A stretch of DNA of 32,000 nucleotides from contig NZ_CP042905.2 in assembly GCF_008000775.2 (NCBI RefSeq), forward strand, positions 30,001 to 62,000, read 5' to 3'. Under the pieces are notes generated by a model. The model was not told the DNA's origin. It searched no databases and was given only the letters and a program-made list of their open reading frames with translations. Shown in pieces: positions 10,052 through 18,808 of this stretch. This DNA comes from Promethearchaeum syntrophicum (GTDB lineage: Archaea > Asgardarchaeota > Lokiarchaeia > Sigyniarchaeales > Promethearchaeaceae). Position 1 is the first letter of the stretch. Every line of letters starts with the position of its first letter. A program made the translations under genes and the position numbers.

Positions 10052-10370
10052 TTAGGGTAAAAATTTTTCAAGATATGTGTAATTAGGGGTTAATTTTCCT
10101 TGGTAAGCAATGATCGCGTTTTTAATTTCGGAAGATAAATTTAATTCATCAAAATTCCCTTTAAAATCTGCTTTGGCAATAGGTAAAATATATTTTTTCA
10201 AAGTTGAACTAAAACTAATTGAAGATTCTTTAGAAAATTCACATGGTAAATTATCAATTGCTATGATTGGTATCCCCCTTTTACGAATCCTAAAGGGGCA
10301 CTATCTGTAAAAATGTATTAATCTTCAACCTTTAAAATCCACAACTTTTTCATAAGCAATAAGAGATGTC
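10052..10370 (-). pseudogene. Decayed, internally deleted duplicate of the LKR-like gene 17387..18685
   Basis: Minus strand reads IPIIAIDNLPCEFSKESSISFSSTLKKYILPIAKADFKGNFDELNLSSEIKNAIIAYQGKLTPNYTYLEKFLP*, against the intact MPIMAIDNLPCELPKESSISFSSTLKEYVLPIANADFKGNFDKLNLPSEIKDAIIVYQGKLTPNYTYLEKYLQ. A 1-nt deletion near GG|IP breaks the frame. A second piece at about 10328-10366 reads ATSLIAYEKVVDFKG*-like, matching ENATLIDYEKVVDSKG of the intact gene. Confidence 0.88.
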
Positions 10371-10662
10371 ATTGCACACAACAAATCGTAAATATGAAAG
10401 GATAAATAGAATAAAGAAAAAATGTAAAAAAGACATTAAAAACCCTATCTGTCGATAACCTACTAACCGATAAGCATTAATGGGGTAAAAAATACCCTTT
10501 TTTTCGTTTCTTCTCACACTATATCAAAGTATATAGGATTCACTATCCTAAATAAATTGTGTTTGACTATGGTAGGTCATGTCAATACTTTGATGTTATC
10601 TCGTTTCTGTGGGGTAAAATGTAGGATGTTAGACTATGGGCTTAAGTCAAAAAAAAAAGGTT

Positions 10663-13600
10663 TTAACAATTTCTTTGCCGTTTAATTAATAAAATCATTA
10701 AACCTAAAGTAAATGTTGAAAATAATCCCAGGAATATTATCGAAAAACCCGGAATTCCTGAGCTTGGAAAATCATCAGGATCATTAGGATCTGTACCTGC
10801 TACAATCTCTACTCCATCTGTAAACCCATCATCATCTGTGTCTGCATTATTAGGATCTGTGCTGTGTGTGTTAATTTCTACTTCATCAGATAAATCATCA
10901 TCATCACTATCAGTATCGTTCGGATCTGTGCTGTATGTGTTAATTTCTTCTCCATCGGATAATTCATCATCATCGCTATCTGAATCATTCGGATCTGTGC
11001 TGTATGTGTTAATCTCTTCTCCATCGGATAATCCATCATCATCGCTATCTGCATCGATCGGATCTGTGTTGTTTGTAATTAGTTCTTCTTGATCTGATAA
11101 TCCATCATCATCCGTGTCTACATCATTCGGATCTGTTCCATATGTGATTACCTCTTCTTGATCTGATAACCCATCATCATCACTATCTATATCATTAGGA
11201 TCTGTGTTGTATGTGTTAATTTCTTCTCCGTCTAATAACCCATCTTCATCCGTATCTTCAAGGTGAGGTTCTGTACAATAGGTGATTATCTCTTCATAAT
11301 CTGATAACCCATCATCATCACTATCTATATCATTAGGATCTGTGTAATAAACACTTTCTTCAAGATTTGTTAATCCATCTCCATCATCATCAGTATCTGC
11401 ATCGGAAGGATTGTTCGGATCTAATCCATAATAAACTTCATATCCATCAGACATTCCATCATCATCACTATCTTCATCGTTTGGATCTGTATTATACGTT
11501 AAAATCTCTTCTCCATCAAATAACCCGTCATCATCACTATCTAATTCATTAGGATCTGTGAAATATGTGTTAATTTCTTCTCCATCGGATAATCCATCAT
11601 CATCGGTATCCGTATCATTCGGATCTGTGAAATGTGTGTTAATTTCTTCTCCATCGGATAATCCATCATCATCGGTATCTGTATCATTTGGATTTGTAAA
11701 ATGTGTGTTAATTTCTTCTCCATCGGATAATCCATCATCATCGGTATCTGTATCATTCGGATCTGTAAAATATGTGTTAATTTCTTCTTGATCGCCTAAC
11801 CCATCATCATCACTATCTGCATCATTAGGATCTGTGCCATACGTGTTAATTTCATCTCCATCGGAAAGCCAATCATCATCACTGTCTGAGTCTGTTGGAT
11901 CTGTTTGATAAGAATATTCTTCAAGATTTGTTAAACCATCGCTATCATCATCAGTACCTGCATCAGAAGCACTATTCGGATCTAAACTGTATGTTGTTTC
12001 CCATCCATCAGGCATCCCATCATCATCACAATCTGCATCGTTTGGATCTGTGTTATATGTATTAATTTCTTCTCCATCGGAAAGCCCATCATCATCCGAA
12101 TCTGTATCATTAGGATCTGTGTTATACGTATTAATTTCTTCTCCATCGGACAGCCCATCATCATCCGAATCTGTATCATTAGGATCTGTGCTATACGTGG
12201 TAACTTCTTCTCCATCAGATAATCCATCATCATCCGAATCTGTATCATTAGGATCTGTGTTATACGTGGTAATTTCTTCTCCATCAGATAATCCATCATC
12301 ATCCGAATCTGTATCATTAGGATCTGTTTGATTGATGTATTCTTCGAGATTAGTTAATCCATCTCCATCCAAATCTCCACCTGCATCGGAAATATTGTTC
12401 GGATTTAAACCATTCATAATTTCCCATCCATCAGACATTCCGTCATCATCCGTATCTGTATCATTTGGACCAGTGTTATAAGTGATGATTTCTTCTCCAT
12501 CGGATAATCCATCTCCATCTGAATCTGCATCATTAGGATCTGTGCTATAAGTGAAAATTTCTTCTCCATCAGATAATCCATCATCATCCGAATCAACATC
12601 ATTAGGATCTGTGCTATATGTGTTAATTTCTTCTCCATCGGATAATCCATCATCATCCGTATCACTATCAAAGGGATGTGTGTTGTATATATATTCATTG
12701 AGATTTGTTAAGTCGTCCCCATCCTCATCATAACTTGCAGTAGCATTATTACTAAAGAAGTAAAATATTTCCCATCCATCAGGCATCCCATCATCATCCG
12801 AATCTGCATCATTCGGATCTGTGCCCCACATGAATAATTCTTCTTGATCTGATAATTCATCATCATCCGAATCTGGATCGTTAGGATCTGTACTATATGT
12901 ATTAATCTCTTGTCCATCGGTTAACCCATCATCATCAGAATCTGTATCATTCGGATCTGTGTTATTCGTGATAATTTCTTCTCCATCGGATAACCCATCA
13001 TCATCACTGTCTGGGTCTGTCGGATCTGTATGAAGGTTATATTCTTCGAGATTTGTCAATCCGTCGGTATCAGAATCTATGCCTGCATCAGAAGCACTAT
13101 TTGGATCTAAACCGTATACTGTTTCCCATCCATCAAGCATCCCATCATCATCTGTGTCTGTATCATTAGGATCTGTGCTGTGGGTGTTAATCTCTTCTCC
13201 ATCGGTTAACCCATCATCATCAGTGTCTGCATCATTAGGATCTGTGAAATAGGTATTAATTTCTTGTCCATCTGATAATCCATCATCATCTGTATCTGTA
13301 TTGTTAGGATCTGTTCCATACATGATTATTTCTTCTTGATCTGATAATCCATCTCCATCGCTATCTGCATCGTTTGGATCTGTTCCATACGTGATAACTT
13401 CTTCTTGATCTGATAATCCATCATCATCCGAATCTGCATCATTAGGATCTGTGCTATACGTGTTAATTTCTAATCCATCAGATAATCCATCATCATCCGA
13501 ATCTGAATCTGTGGGATCTGTGCTGTATAAGAGTATTTCTAATCCATCTAATAGTCCATCATCATCAGTATCTGTATCGTTCGGATCTGTGTTATGTGTG

Positions 13601-16600
13601 TTAATTTCATCTCCATCTGATAAAGCGTCATCATCACTATCGTTATCGTTTGGATCTGTTTGATAATTAAACTCTTCAAGATTTGTTAATCCATCGCTAT
13701 CAGAATCTATACCGGCATCAGAAGCACTATTTGGATTAAAACCATACATAATTTCCCATCCATCAGACATTCCATCACCATCACTATCTGAGTCGTTAGG
13801 ATCTGTACTATACGTGATAACTTCCTCTTGGTCGGTTAATCCATCATCATCACAATCTGAGTCGTTCGGATCTGTGCTATACGTGATAACTTCCTCTTGG
13901 TCTGATAATCCATCATCATCCGAATCTGTGTCGTTTGGATCTGTGCTAAATGTGTTAACTTCTTGTCCATCAGTTAATCCATCATCATCCGAATCTGTGT
14001 CGTTTGGATCTGTGCTATATGTATTAATTTCTTGTCCATCAGATAATCCATCATCATCCGAATCTGTGTCGTTCGGATCTGTGCTATATGTGTTAATTTC
14101 TTGTCCATCAGATAATCCATCATCATCACTATCTGGGTCTGTTGGATCTGTACTGTATGTGATTACTTCTTCTTGGTCTGATAATCCGTCATCATCCGAA
14201 TCTGTATCATTGGGATCTGTTCCGTACGTATTAATTTCTTCTCCGTCTAATAACCCATCTTCATCCGTATCTTCAAGATGAGGTTCTGTACCATATGTTA
14301 TTATTTCTTCATAATCGGATAACCCATCATCATCGCTATCTACATCATAAGGATCTGTGTAATGAACACTTTCTTCGAGATTTGTTAATCCATCTCCATC
14401 CGAATCTACATCAGCATCAGAAGGATTGTTAGGATCTAACCCATAATAAATTTCATATCCGTCAGACATCCCATCATCATCACTATCTGAGTCTAATGGA
14501 TCTGTGCTATGGGTTAAAATTTCTTCCCCATCAAACAAACCATCTTCGTCCGTATCTAAAAGGTTCGGATCTGTACCATAGGTTAAAATTTCTTCTCCAT
14601 CGGATAACCCATCATCGTCCGTATCTACATCGCTAGGATCGGTGCTGTGAGTGCTAATTTCTTCTCCGTCGGATAACCCATCATCATCGGTATCGGCATC
14701 GTTCGGATCTGTAGCATGCGTGTTAATTTCTTCTCCATCTGATAATCCATCATCATCGCTATCTGCATCATTCGGATCTGTGCTATATATGGAAACTTCG
14801 TCCCAGTCATCTAATCCATCATCATCGCTATCTATATCGTTCGGATCTGTTCCATATGTGTGTATTTCTTCTCCATCGGTTAATCCATCATCATCCGTAT
14901 CACTATCATAGGGATCGGTGTTGTATGTATATTCTTCAAGATTTGTTAATCCATCGACCTCTTGATCCAAACCCGCATCAGAAGGATTATTTGGATTAAA
15001 ACTGTATAAAATTTCCCATCCATCAGGCATACCATCGTCATCACTATCTGTATCGTTTGGATCTGTGCTGTGTGTGTTAACTTCGTCTCCATCGGATAAT
15101 CCATCATCATCACTATCTATATCGTTCGGATCTGTGCTATACGTGTTGATTTCTTCTCCGTCGGATAACCCATCATCATCACTATCTGAGTCTGACGGAT
15201 CTGTGCTGTATAAGATTATTTCTAATCCATCCAATAACCCATCATCATCACTATCTGAGTCTGTCGGATCTGTGTTATGTGTATTAACTTCGTCACCATC
15301 GGATAATCCATCATCATCACTATCTGAGTCTGTGGGATCAGTTTGATAGTTAAATTCTTCGAGATTTGTCAATCCATCTCCATCCAAATCTCCAACCGCA
15401 TCGGAAGGATTGTTCGGATCTAAACCATACGTAATTTCCCATCCATCTAACATTCCATCATCATCTGTATCTGCATCGTTAGGATCTGTGTCATATGTGA
15501 TTAATTCTTCTTGATCATACAATCCATCATCATCTGTATCTGCATCATTAGGATTTGTTTGATAAATAAATTCTTCAAGATTTGTTAATCCATCACTATC
15601 AGAATCTAAACTTGCATCAGAAGGATTATTTGGATTCAAACCGAATCCTATTTCCCATCCGTCATGTATCCCATCATCATCCGTATCGCTTTTATTTTCA
15701 TTTAACCTAAGTGAAATCTCAAGAATATCTGGCATACTGTCACCATCACTATCCATCGCATTGGCATGATGGAGTGCTGATCCCCCCCAGCATGGCCAAG
15801 GTCCGGGTATCGCCCACGGATCACCATTTCCAATTAAGCAGTATATTTTACCATCATCGGAGCCAAACAGGACTTCCATATTCCCATCCCCGTCCACATC
15901 ACCGAGCGCGGGACTGGAACTAATCGTATTTCCGGTTGTAAAATTCCATTCTTCTCCTCCAGTTGTCCCGTCAATACAGTACATTTTGTGATCAAGGGAA
16001 CCAAATAAGATTTCTATATCCCCATCCCCGTCCACATCACCGATTGTGGGGCTACTAGAATAAACACGATCTCCAGCTGTAAACGACCATTCTTGTAATC
16101 CTGTTGTCCCGTCAAGGCAGTACATTTTGTGATCATAGGAACCAAATAAGATTTCTATATCCCCATCCCCGTCCACATCACCGAGTGCAGGGCCAGAATA
16201 AACAGTACTTCCAGCTAAAAAATTCCATTCTTCTACTCCAGTGGTTCCGTCCAGACAGTAAATATTGCGATAGCAAATAAATACGATTTCTATATCCCCG
16301 TCTCTGTCCACATCACCGAGGGCGATGGTTGAAGGGCTATTTCCGAGTGAAAAAGACCATTCTGACAATCCCGTGGTTCCGTCTACACAAAAAATATAGT
16401 GTCTAGAGCAACTTACAAGAACTTCCATGTCCCCGTCCCCGTCCACATCACCGATGGCAGGAATGGAATAAAAACTAGCTAAATAAGAATCAACCGTCCA
16501 TTTTTCTTCTCCCGTGGTTCCGTCCAGACAGTAAATTTTGTCATGACCTCCCAGAACTTCCATATTCCCGTCTCCATCTACATCACCAAGTGCAAGACCG

Positions 16601-17187
16601 GAATTAACAACATCTCCGGTTGTAAAATTCCATTCTTCTCCTCCAGTTGTACCATCAAGACAGTAGATTTTGCGATCATTGGAACCAATCAGAACTTCCA
16701 AGTTTCCGTCACCGTCCACATCACCGATTGTGGGGCTAGAATAAACAACATCTCCGGTTGTAAACGACCATTTTTCTTCTCCCGTGTCCCCGTCCAGACA
16801 ATAGACTTTGTGATCTTGGGAACCTACTACAACTTCCATATTTCCATCCCCATCTGTATCACCTATTGCAGGATTAGAACTAACACTGTCTCCGGTTGTA
16901 AATGTCCATGCTAGAGACCCTGTTGTTCCCGTAAAGCCTGTGGAATATTCCGCATCTTCGGAAATCATTAACGGAAAAATAAGAAATGTCAGTAAAATCG
17001 CTATACCTATTATGATATTTTTCCTCATTACTCGATTGACCGATATTCCGGCCATCTTATTTCGCCCTAAAGAAATTGAACTTAACTTGTTATGTTTAAA
17101 TTTTCTGTATTTTGTCAATTTTGATTCCTCATTTATGTTTGAAATTATTAATTTGTTAACCCAATTATCAAATTGTCTATAAATCAA
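10663..17187 (-). CDS. Giant secreted/surface protein: signal anchor, 8-repeat PQQ/FG-GAP-like beta-propeller, about 60 TSP3/EF-hand-like acidic repeats, C-terminal TM
   Basis: 2174-aa ORF. Hydrophobic N-terminus MRKNIIIGIAILLTFLIFPLMIS (this ATG at 17028 is a likely real start); eight GDVDGDGxxEVLxGSxDxKxYCLDGTTGxxEWxF repeats; DSDDDGLSDGEEINTYSTDPNDT array; C-terminus SSGIPGFSIIFLGLFSTFTLGLMILLIKRQRNC. Confidence 0.92.
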   Translation of the reverse strand: MIYRQFDNWVNKLIISNINEESKLTKYRKFKHNKLSSISLGRNKMAGISVNRVMRKNIIIGIAILLTFLIFPLMISEDAEYSTGFTGTTGSLAWTFTTGDSVSSNPAIGDTDGDGNMEVVVGSQDHKVYCLDGDTGEEKWSFTTGDVVYSSPTIGDVDGDGNLEVLIGSNDRKIYCLDGTTGGEEWNFTTGDVVNSGLALGDVDGDGNMEVLGGHDKIYCLDGTTGEEKWTVDSYLASFYSIPAIGDVDGDGDMEVLVSCSRHYIFCVDGTTGLSEWSFSLGNSPSTIALGDVDRDGDIEIVFICYRNIYCLDGTTGVEEWNFLAGSTVYSGPALGDVDGDGDIEILFGSYDHKMYCLDGTTGLQEWSFTAGDRVYSSSPTIGDVDGDGDIEILFGSLDHKMYCIDGTTGGEEWNFTTGNTISSSPALGDVDGDGNMEVLFGSDDGKIYCLIGNGDPWAIPGPWPCWGGSALHHANAMDSDGDSMPDILEISLRLNENKSDTDDDGIHDGWEIGFGLNPNNPSDASLDSDSDGLTNLEEFIYQTNPNDADTDDDGLYDQEELITYDTDPNDADTDDDGMLDGWEITYGLDPNNPSDAVGDLDGDGLTNLEEFNYQTDPTDSDSDDDGLSDGDEVNTHNTDPTDSDSDDDGLLDGLEIILYSTDPSDSDSDDDGLSDGEEINTYSTDPNDIDSDDDGLSDGDEVNTHSTDPNDTDSDDDGMPDGWEILYSFNPNNPSDAGLDQEVDGLTNLEEYTYNTDPYDSDTDDDGLTDGEEIHTYGTDPNDIDSDDDGLDDWDEVSIYSTDPNDADSDDDGLSDGEEINTHATDPNDADTDDDGLSDGEEISTHSTDPSDVDTDDDGLSDGEEILTYGTDPNLLDTDEDGLFDGEEILTHSTDPLDSDSDDDGMSDGYEIYYGLDPNNPSDADVDSDGDGLTNLEESVHYTDPYDVDSDDDGLSDYEEIITYGTEPHLEDTDEDGLLDGEEINTYGTDPNDTDSDDDGLSDQEEVITYSTDPTDPDSDDDGLSDGQEINTYSTDPNDTDSDDDGLSDGQEINTYSTDPNDTDSDDDGLTDGQEVNTFSTDPNDTDSDDDGLSDQEEVITYSTDPNDSDCDDDGLTDQEEVITYSTDPNDSDSDGDGMSDGWEIMYGFNPNSASDAGIDSDSDGLTNLEEFNYQTDPNDNDSDDDALSDGDEINTHNTDPNDTDTDDDGLLDGLEILLYSTDPTDSDSDDDGLSDGLEINTYSTDPNDADSDDDGLSDQEEVITYGTDPNDADSDGDGLSDQEEIIMYGTDPNNTDTDDDGLSDGQEINTYFTDPNDADTDDDGLTDGEEINTHSTDPNDTDTDDDGMLDGWETVYGLDPNSASDAGIDSDTDGLTNLEEYNLHTDPTDPDSDDDGLSDGEEIITNNTDPNDTDSDDDGLTDGQEINTYSTDPNDPDSDDDELSDQEELFMWGTDPNDADSDDDGMPDGWEIFYFFSNNATASYDEDGDDLTNLNEYIYNTHPFDSDTDDDGLSDGEEINTYSTDPNDVDSDDDGLSDGEEIFTYSTDPNDADSDGDGLSDGEEIITYNTGPNDTDTDDDGMSDGWEIMNGLNPNNISDAGGDLDGDGLTNLEEYINQTDPNDTDSDDDGLSDGEEITTYNTDPNDTDSDDDGLSDGEEVTTYSTDPNDTDSDDDGLSDGEEINTYNTDPNDTDSDDDGLSDGEEINTYNTDPNDADCDDDGMPDGWETTYSLDPNSASDAGTDDDSDGLTNLEEYSYQTDPTDSDSDDDWLSDGDEINTYGTDPNDADSDDDGLGDQEEINTYFTDPNDTDTDDDGLSDGEEINTHFTNPNDTDTDDDGLSDGEEINTHFTDPNDTDTDDDGLSDGEEINTYFTDPNELDSDDDGLFDGEEILTYNTDPNDEDSDDDGMSDGYEVYYGLDPNNPSDADTDDDGDGLTNLEESVYYTDPNDIDSDDDGLSDYEEIITYCTEPHLEDTDEDGLLDGEEINTYNTDPNDIDSDDDGLSDQEEVITYGTDPNDVDTDDDGLSDQEELITNNTDPIDADSDDDGLSDGEEINTYSTDPNDSDSDDDELSDGEEINTYSTDPNDTDSDDDDLSDEVEINTHSTDPNNADTDDDGFTDGVEIVAGTDPNDPDDFPSSGIPGFSIIFLGLFSTFTLGLMILLIKRQRNC
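10830..15757 (-). repeat. In-frame 69-bp (23-aa) Ca2+-binding-loop repeat array with 10 interspersed longer modules
   Basis: By hand I count about 50 copies of [S/T]DDDGLSDGEEI..Y.TDPND.D and 10 modules of the form DGM.DGWE..YGL.PN..SDA..D.DGDGLTNLEE...TDP. Unit length counted on DNA is 69 bp. Confidence 0.93.
15790..16935 (-). repeat. Eight tandem beta-propeller repeats within the giant ORF
   Basis: Eight blades of [P/L]xIGDVDGDGxxEVLFGSxDxKIYCLDGTTGxEEWxFTTGxxVxSS in the translation. Confidence 0.85.
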
Positions 17188-17386
17188 ATTATAAATCTAT
17201 CTTTAGATTAACTTGTATAAAAAATTTATTATAGAGGCAGGTGAGAAAAATTATGATATTTTCTTTTTTATCGGAATCTATTATCCAATTTTGGTTTTAT
17301 CTCCCAATTTTTGTTCAAGTGTTTTTGCATCACTTAAAATAATAATTAGATTCCATGCATAAATGAATAGAAAAAAAGGAATTAAC

Positions 17387-18685
17387 TTATTGCAAATATT
17401 TTTCAAGATATGTGTAATTAGGAGTTAATTTTCCTTGGTAAACAATGATCGCGTCTTTAATTTCGGAGGGTAAATTTAATTTATCAAAATTTCCTTTAAA
17501 ATCTGCATTTGCTATAGGTAAAACATATTCTTTTAAAGTCGAACTAAAACTGATTGAAGATTCTTTAGGTAGTTCACATGGCAAATTATCAATTGCCATG
17601 ATTGGCATTCCGCCTTTGATTAATCCTAAATATGTACTATCTGTAAAAGGATCATATGTAATAATTGGATTATCTGGTTTTGTTGATTCAAGAGACCCTT
17701 CTATAGCACCTTCTATATCTATTGAAATATCACCAATTATTTTTAATCTGCTATTTTCTTTTATCAAGGATTTGAATCCTTCCTTTCTTATCAATCGAGG
17801 ATATTTTGCTGACCAAAAGAGGGCATTGACTAAGATTGTTAAATACGGTAAGTATTCATGGAATTTGCTATGGTATTTATCCAAACCGTTATCATAATAG
17901 TCTTGTAAGTCAAATTTATGATTTGGATCATTAGGTTCCACTAAATGTTCTTCTTTGAAAACAATTTTATAAACATGGTTTTTGGAAAAATTACCTTCTT
18001 CAAAAAAAGATTTTAAATCATTTGGATCAATTTCAATGACTGGTAAGATATCTAAGAAAGATTGAGCTCCTTTAGAAACATTTCCATACCCAGCAAAACC
18101 ACAAAATATTGGAAGATTCAACCCATTTTTCTCTATATCCTTTGAAAGATCTTCAAAATATTTCTTTTGTTCCTCGACATTATTGTACTCAAAAGTATGT
18201 TTTAACTTCAAAAATGGAGTTTGGATCCCTTCGATTTTTAATAATCTTTGCCCATATCCCCATAAAGTTTCATTTATACCAGATAACCCGGCCCAATTCC
18301 CAAAAAATATTAACCTTCGTCCTTTAGAATCCACAACTTTTTCATAATCAATAAGTGTTGCATTTTCTTTTAATATTTTTTTTAGCATAGGCATATTATA
18401 TCGTTGACCTTTGATTACATGGCTGAAAAAGATATACACTTTCTGGGATATTAATTTTGAAGGAATTTCTTTAACTGCAAATATAACATCTGCATTTTCA
18501 AGAGTATTTTCAATAATTGCACCTTCCTCCTCATACTCGTTATCTGAAAAAGCGCGATTGTCAGATGATTGAACAATAAATTGACAAGAATGGTTTTTTA
18601 CTAAATCTCCAACATCTTTTGGAATTATTGGAGCTCTTTTTTCCCATTTATTTTTATCTTCTTTTCTAATGCCAAGGACGTTCAC
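17387..18685 (-). CDS. Lysine-ketoglutarate reductase-like (AlaDh/PNT-fold) protein, similar to the N-terminal domain of AASS
   Basis: MNVLGIRKEDKNKWEKRAPIIPKDV...FIVQSSDNRAFSDNEYEEEGAIIENTLENADVIFAVKEIP...YIFFSHVIKGQRYNMPMLKKILKENATLIDYEKVVDSKGRRLIFFGNWAGLSG; next to a saccharopine dehydrogenase. Confidence 0.8.
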   Translation of the reverse strand: MNVLGIRKEDKNKWEKRAPIIPKDVGDLVKNHSCQFIVQSSDNRAFSDNEYEEEGAIIENTLENADVIFAVKEIPSKLISQKVYIFFSHVIKGQRYNMPMLKKILKENATLIDYEKVVDSKGRRLIFFGNWAGLSGINETLWGYGQRLLKIEGIQTPFLKLKHTFEYNNVEEQKKYFEDLSKDIEKNGLNLPIFCGFAGYGNVSKGAQSFLDILPVIEIDPNDLKSFFEEGNFSKNHVYKIVFKEEHLVEPNDPNHKFDLQDYYDNGLDKYHSKFHEYLPYLTILVNALFWSAKYPRLIRKEGFKSLIKENSRLKIIGDISIDIEGAIEGSLESTKPDNPIITYDPFTDSTYLGLIKGGMPIMAIDNLPCELPKESSISFSSTLKEYVLPIANADFKGNFDKLNLPSEIKDAIIVYQGKLTPNYTYLEKYLQ

Positions 18686-18808
18686 AGTGATTCACACTTA
18701 TTCTTAGCTAAAAAATTTATAAAAGTCTTTTGAAAATTAGACAAATAATAAATTCCTTAATAGAACATTATTCAAATAAGATTTATTTTTTTTAACGGTG
18801 ATTATTAT

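Noticed and set aside
10110-10310. Plus-strand ORF 66 aa (MIAFLISEDKFNSSKFPLKSALAIGK...)
   Set aside because: It is the antisense of the LKR-like pseudogene fragment. The same antisense product appears opposite the intact gene at 17445..17897.
10481-10622. Twice-occurring 'tggggtaaaa' near 10481 and 10612 upstream of the pseudogene region
   Set aside because: Too short and isolated to claim as a regulatory or mobile-element repeat without genome-wide counts.
10830-15757. Repeat array as a CRISPR or non-coding satellite
   Set aside because: The 69-bp units are contiguous without unique spacers, preserve one reading frame over about 4.9 kb and encode a known repeat type (TSP3/EF-hand-like).
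10838-15923. Many overlapping ORFs on both strands inside the repeat array (e.g. 11558..11791 +, 12050..12331 +, 13814..14281 +, 11982..12317 -, 15065..15346 +) with repetitive products such as VLISSPSDNPSSS
   Set aside because: They are mirror or shifted readings of a 69-bp (multiple of 3) repeat, which propagates open frames in other frames. The single 2174-aa minus ORF explains the region.
16543-17182. Plus-strand ORFs 16543..16914 and 16940..17182
   Set aside because: Antisense to the beta-propeller repeats and N-terminus of the giant protein; products look non-protein-like and repeat with the propeller blades.
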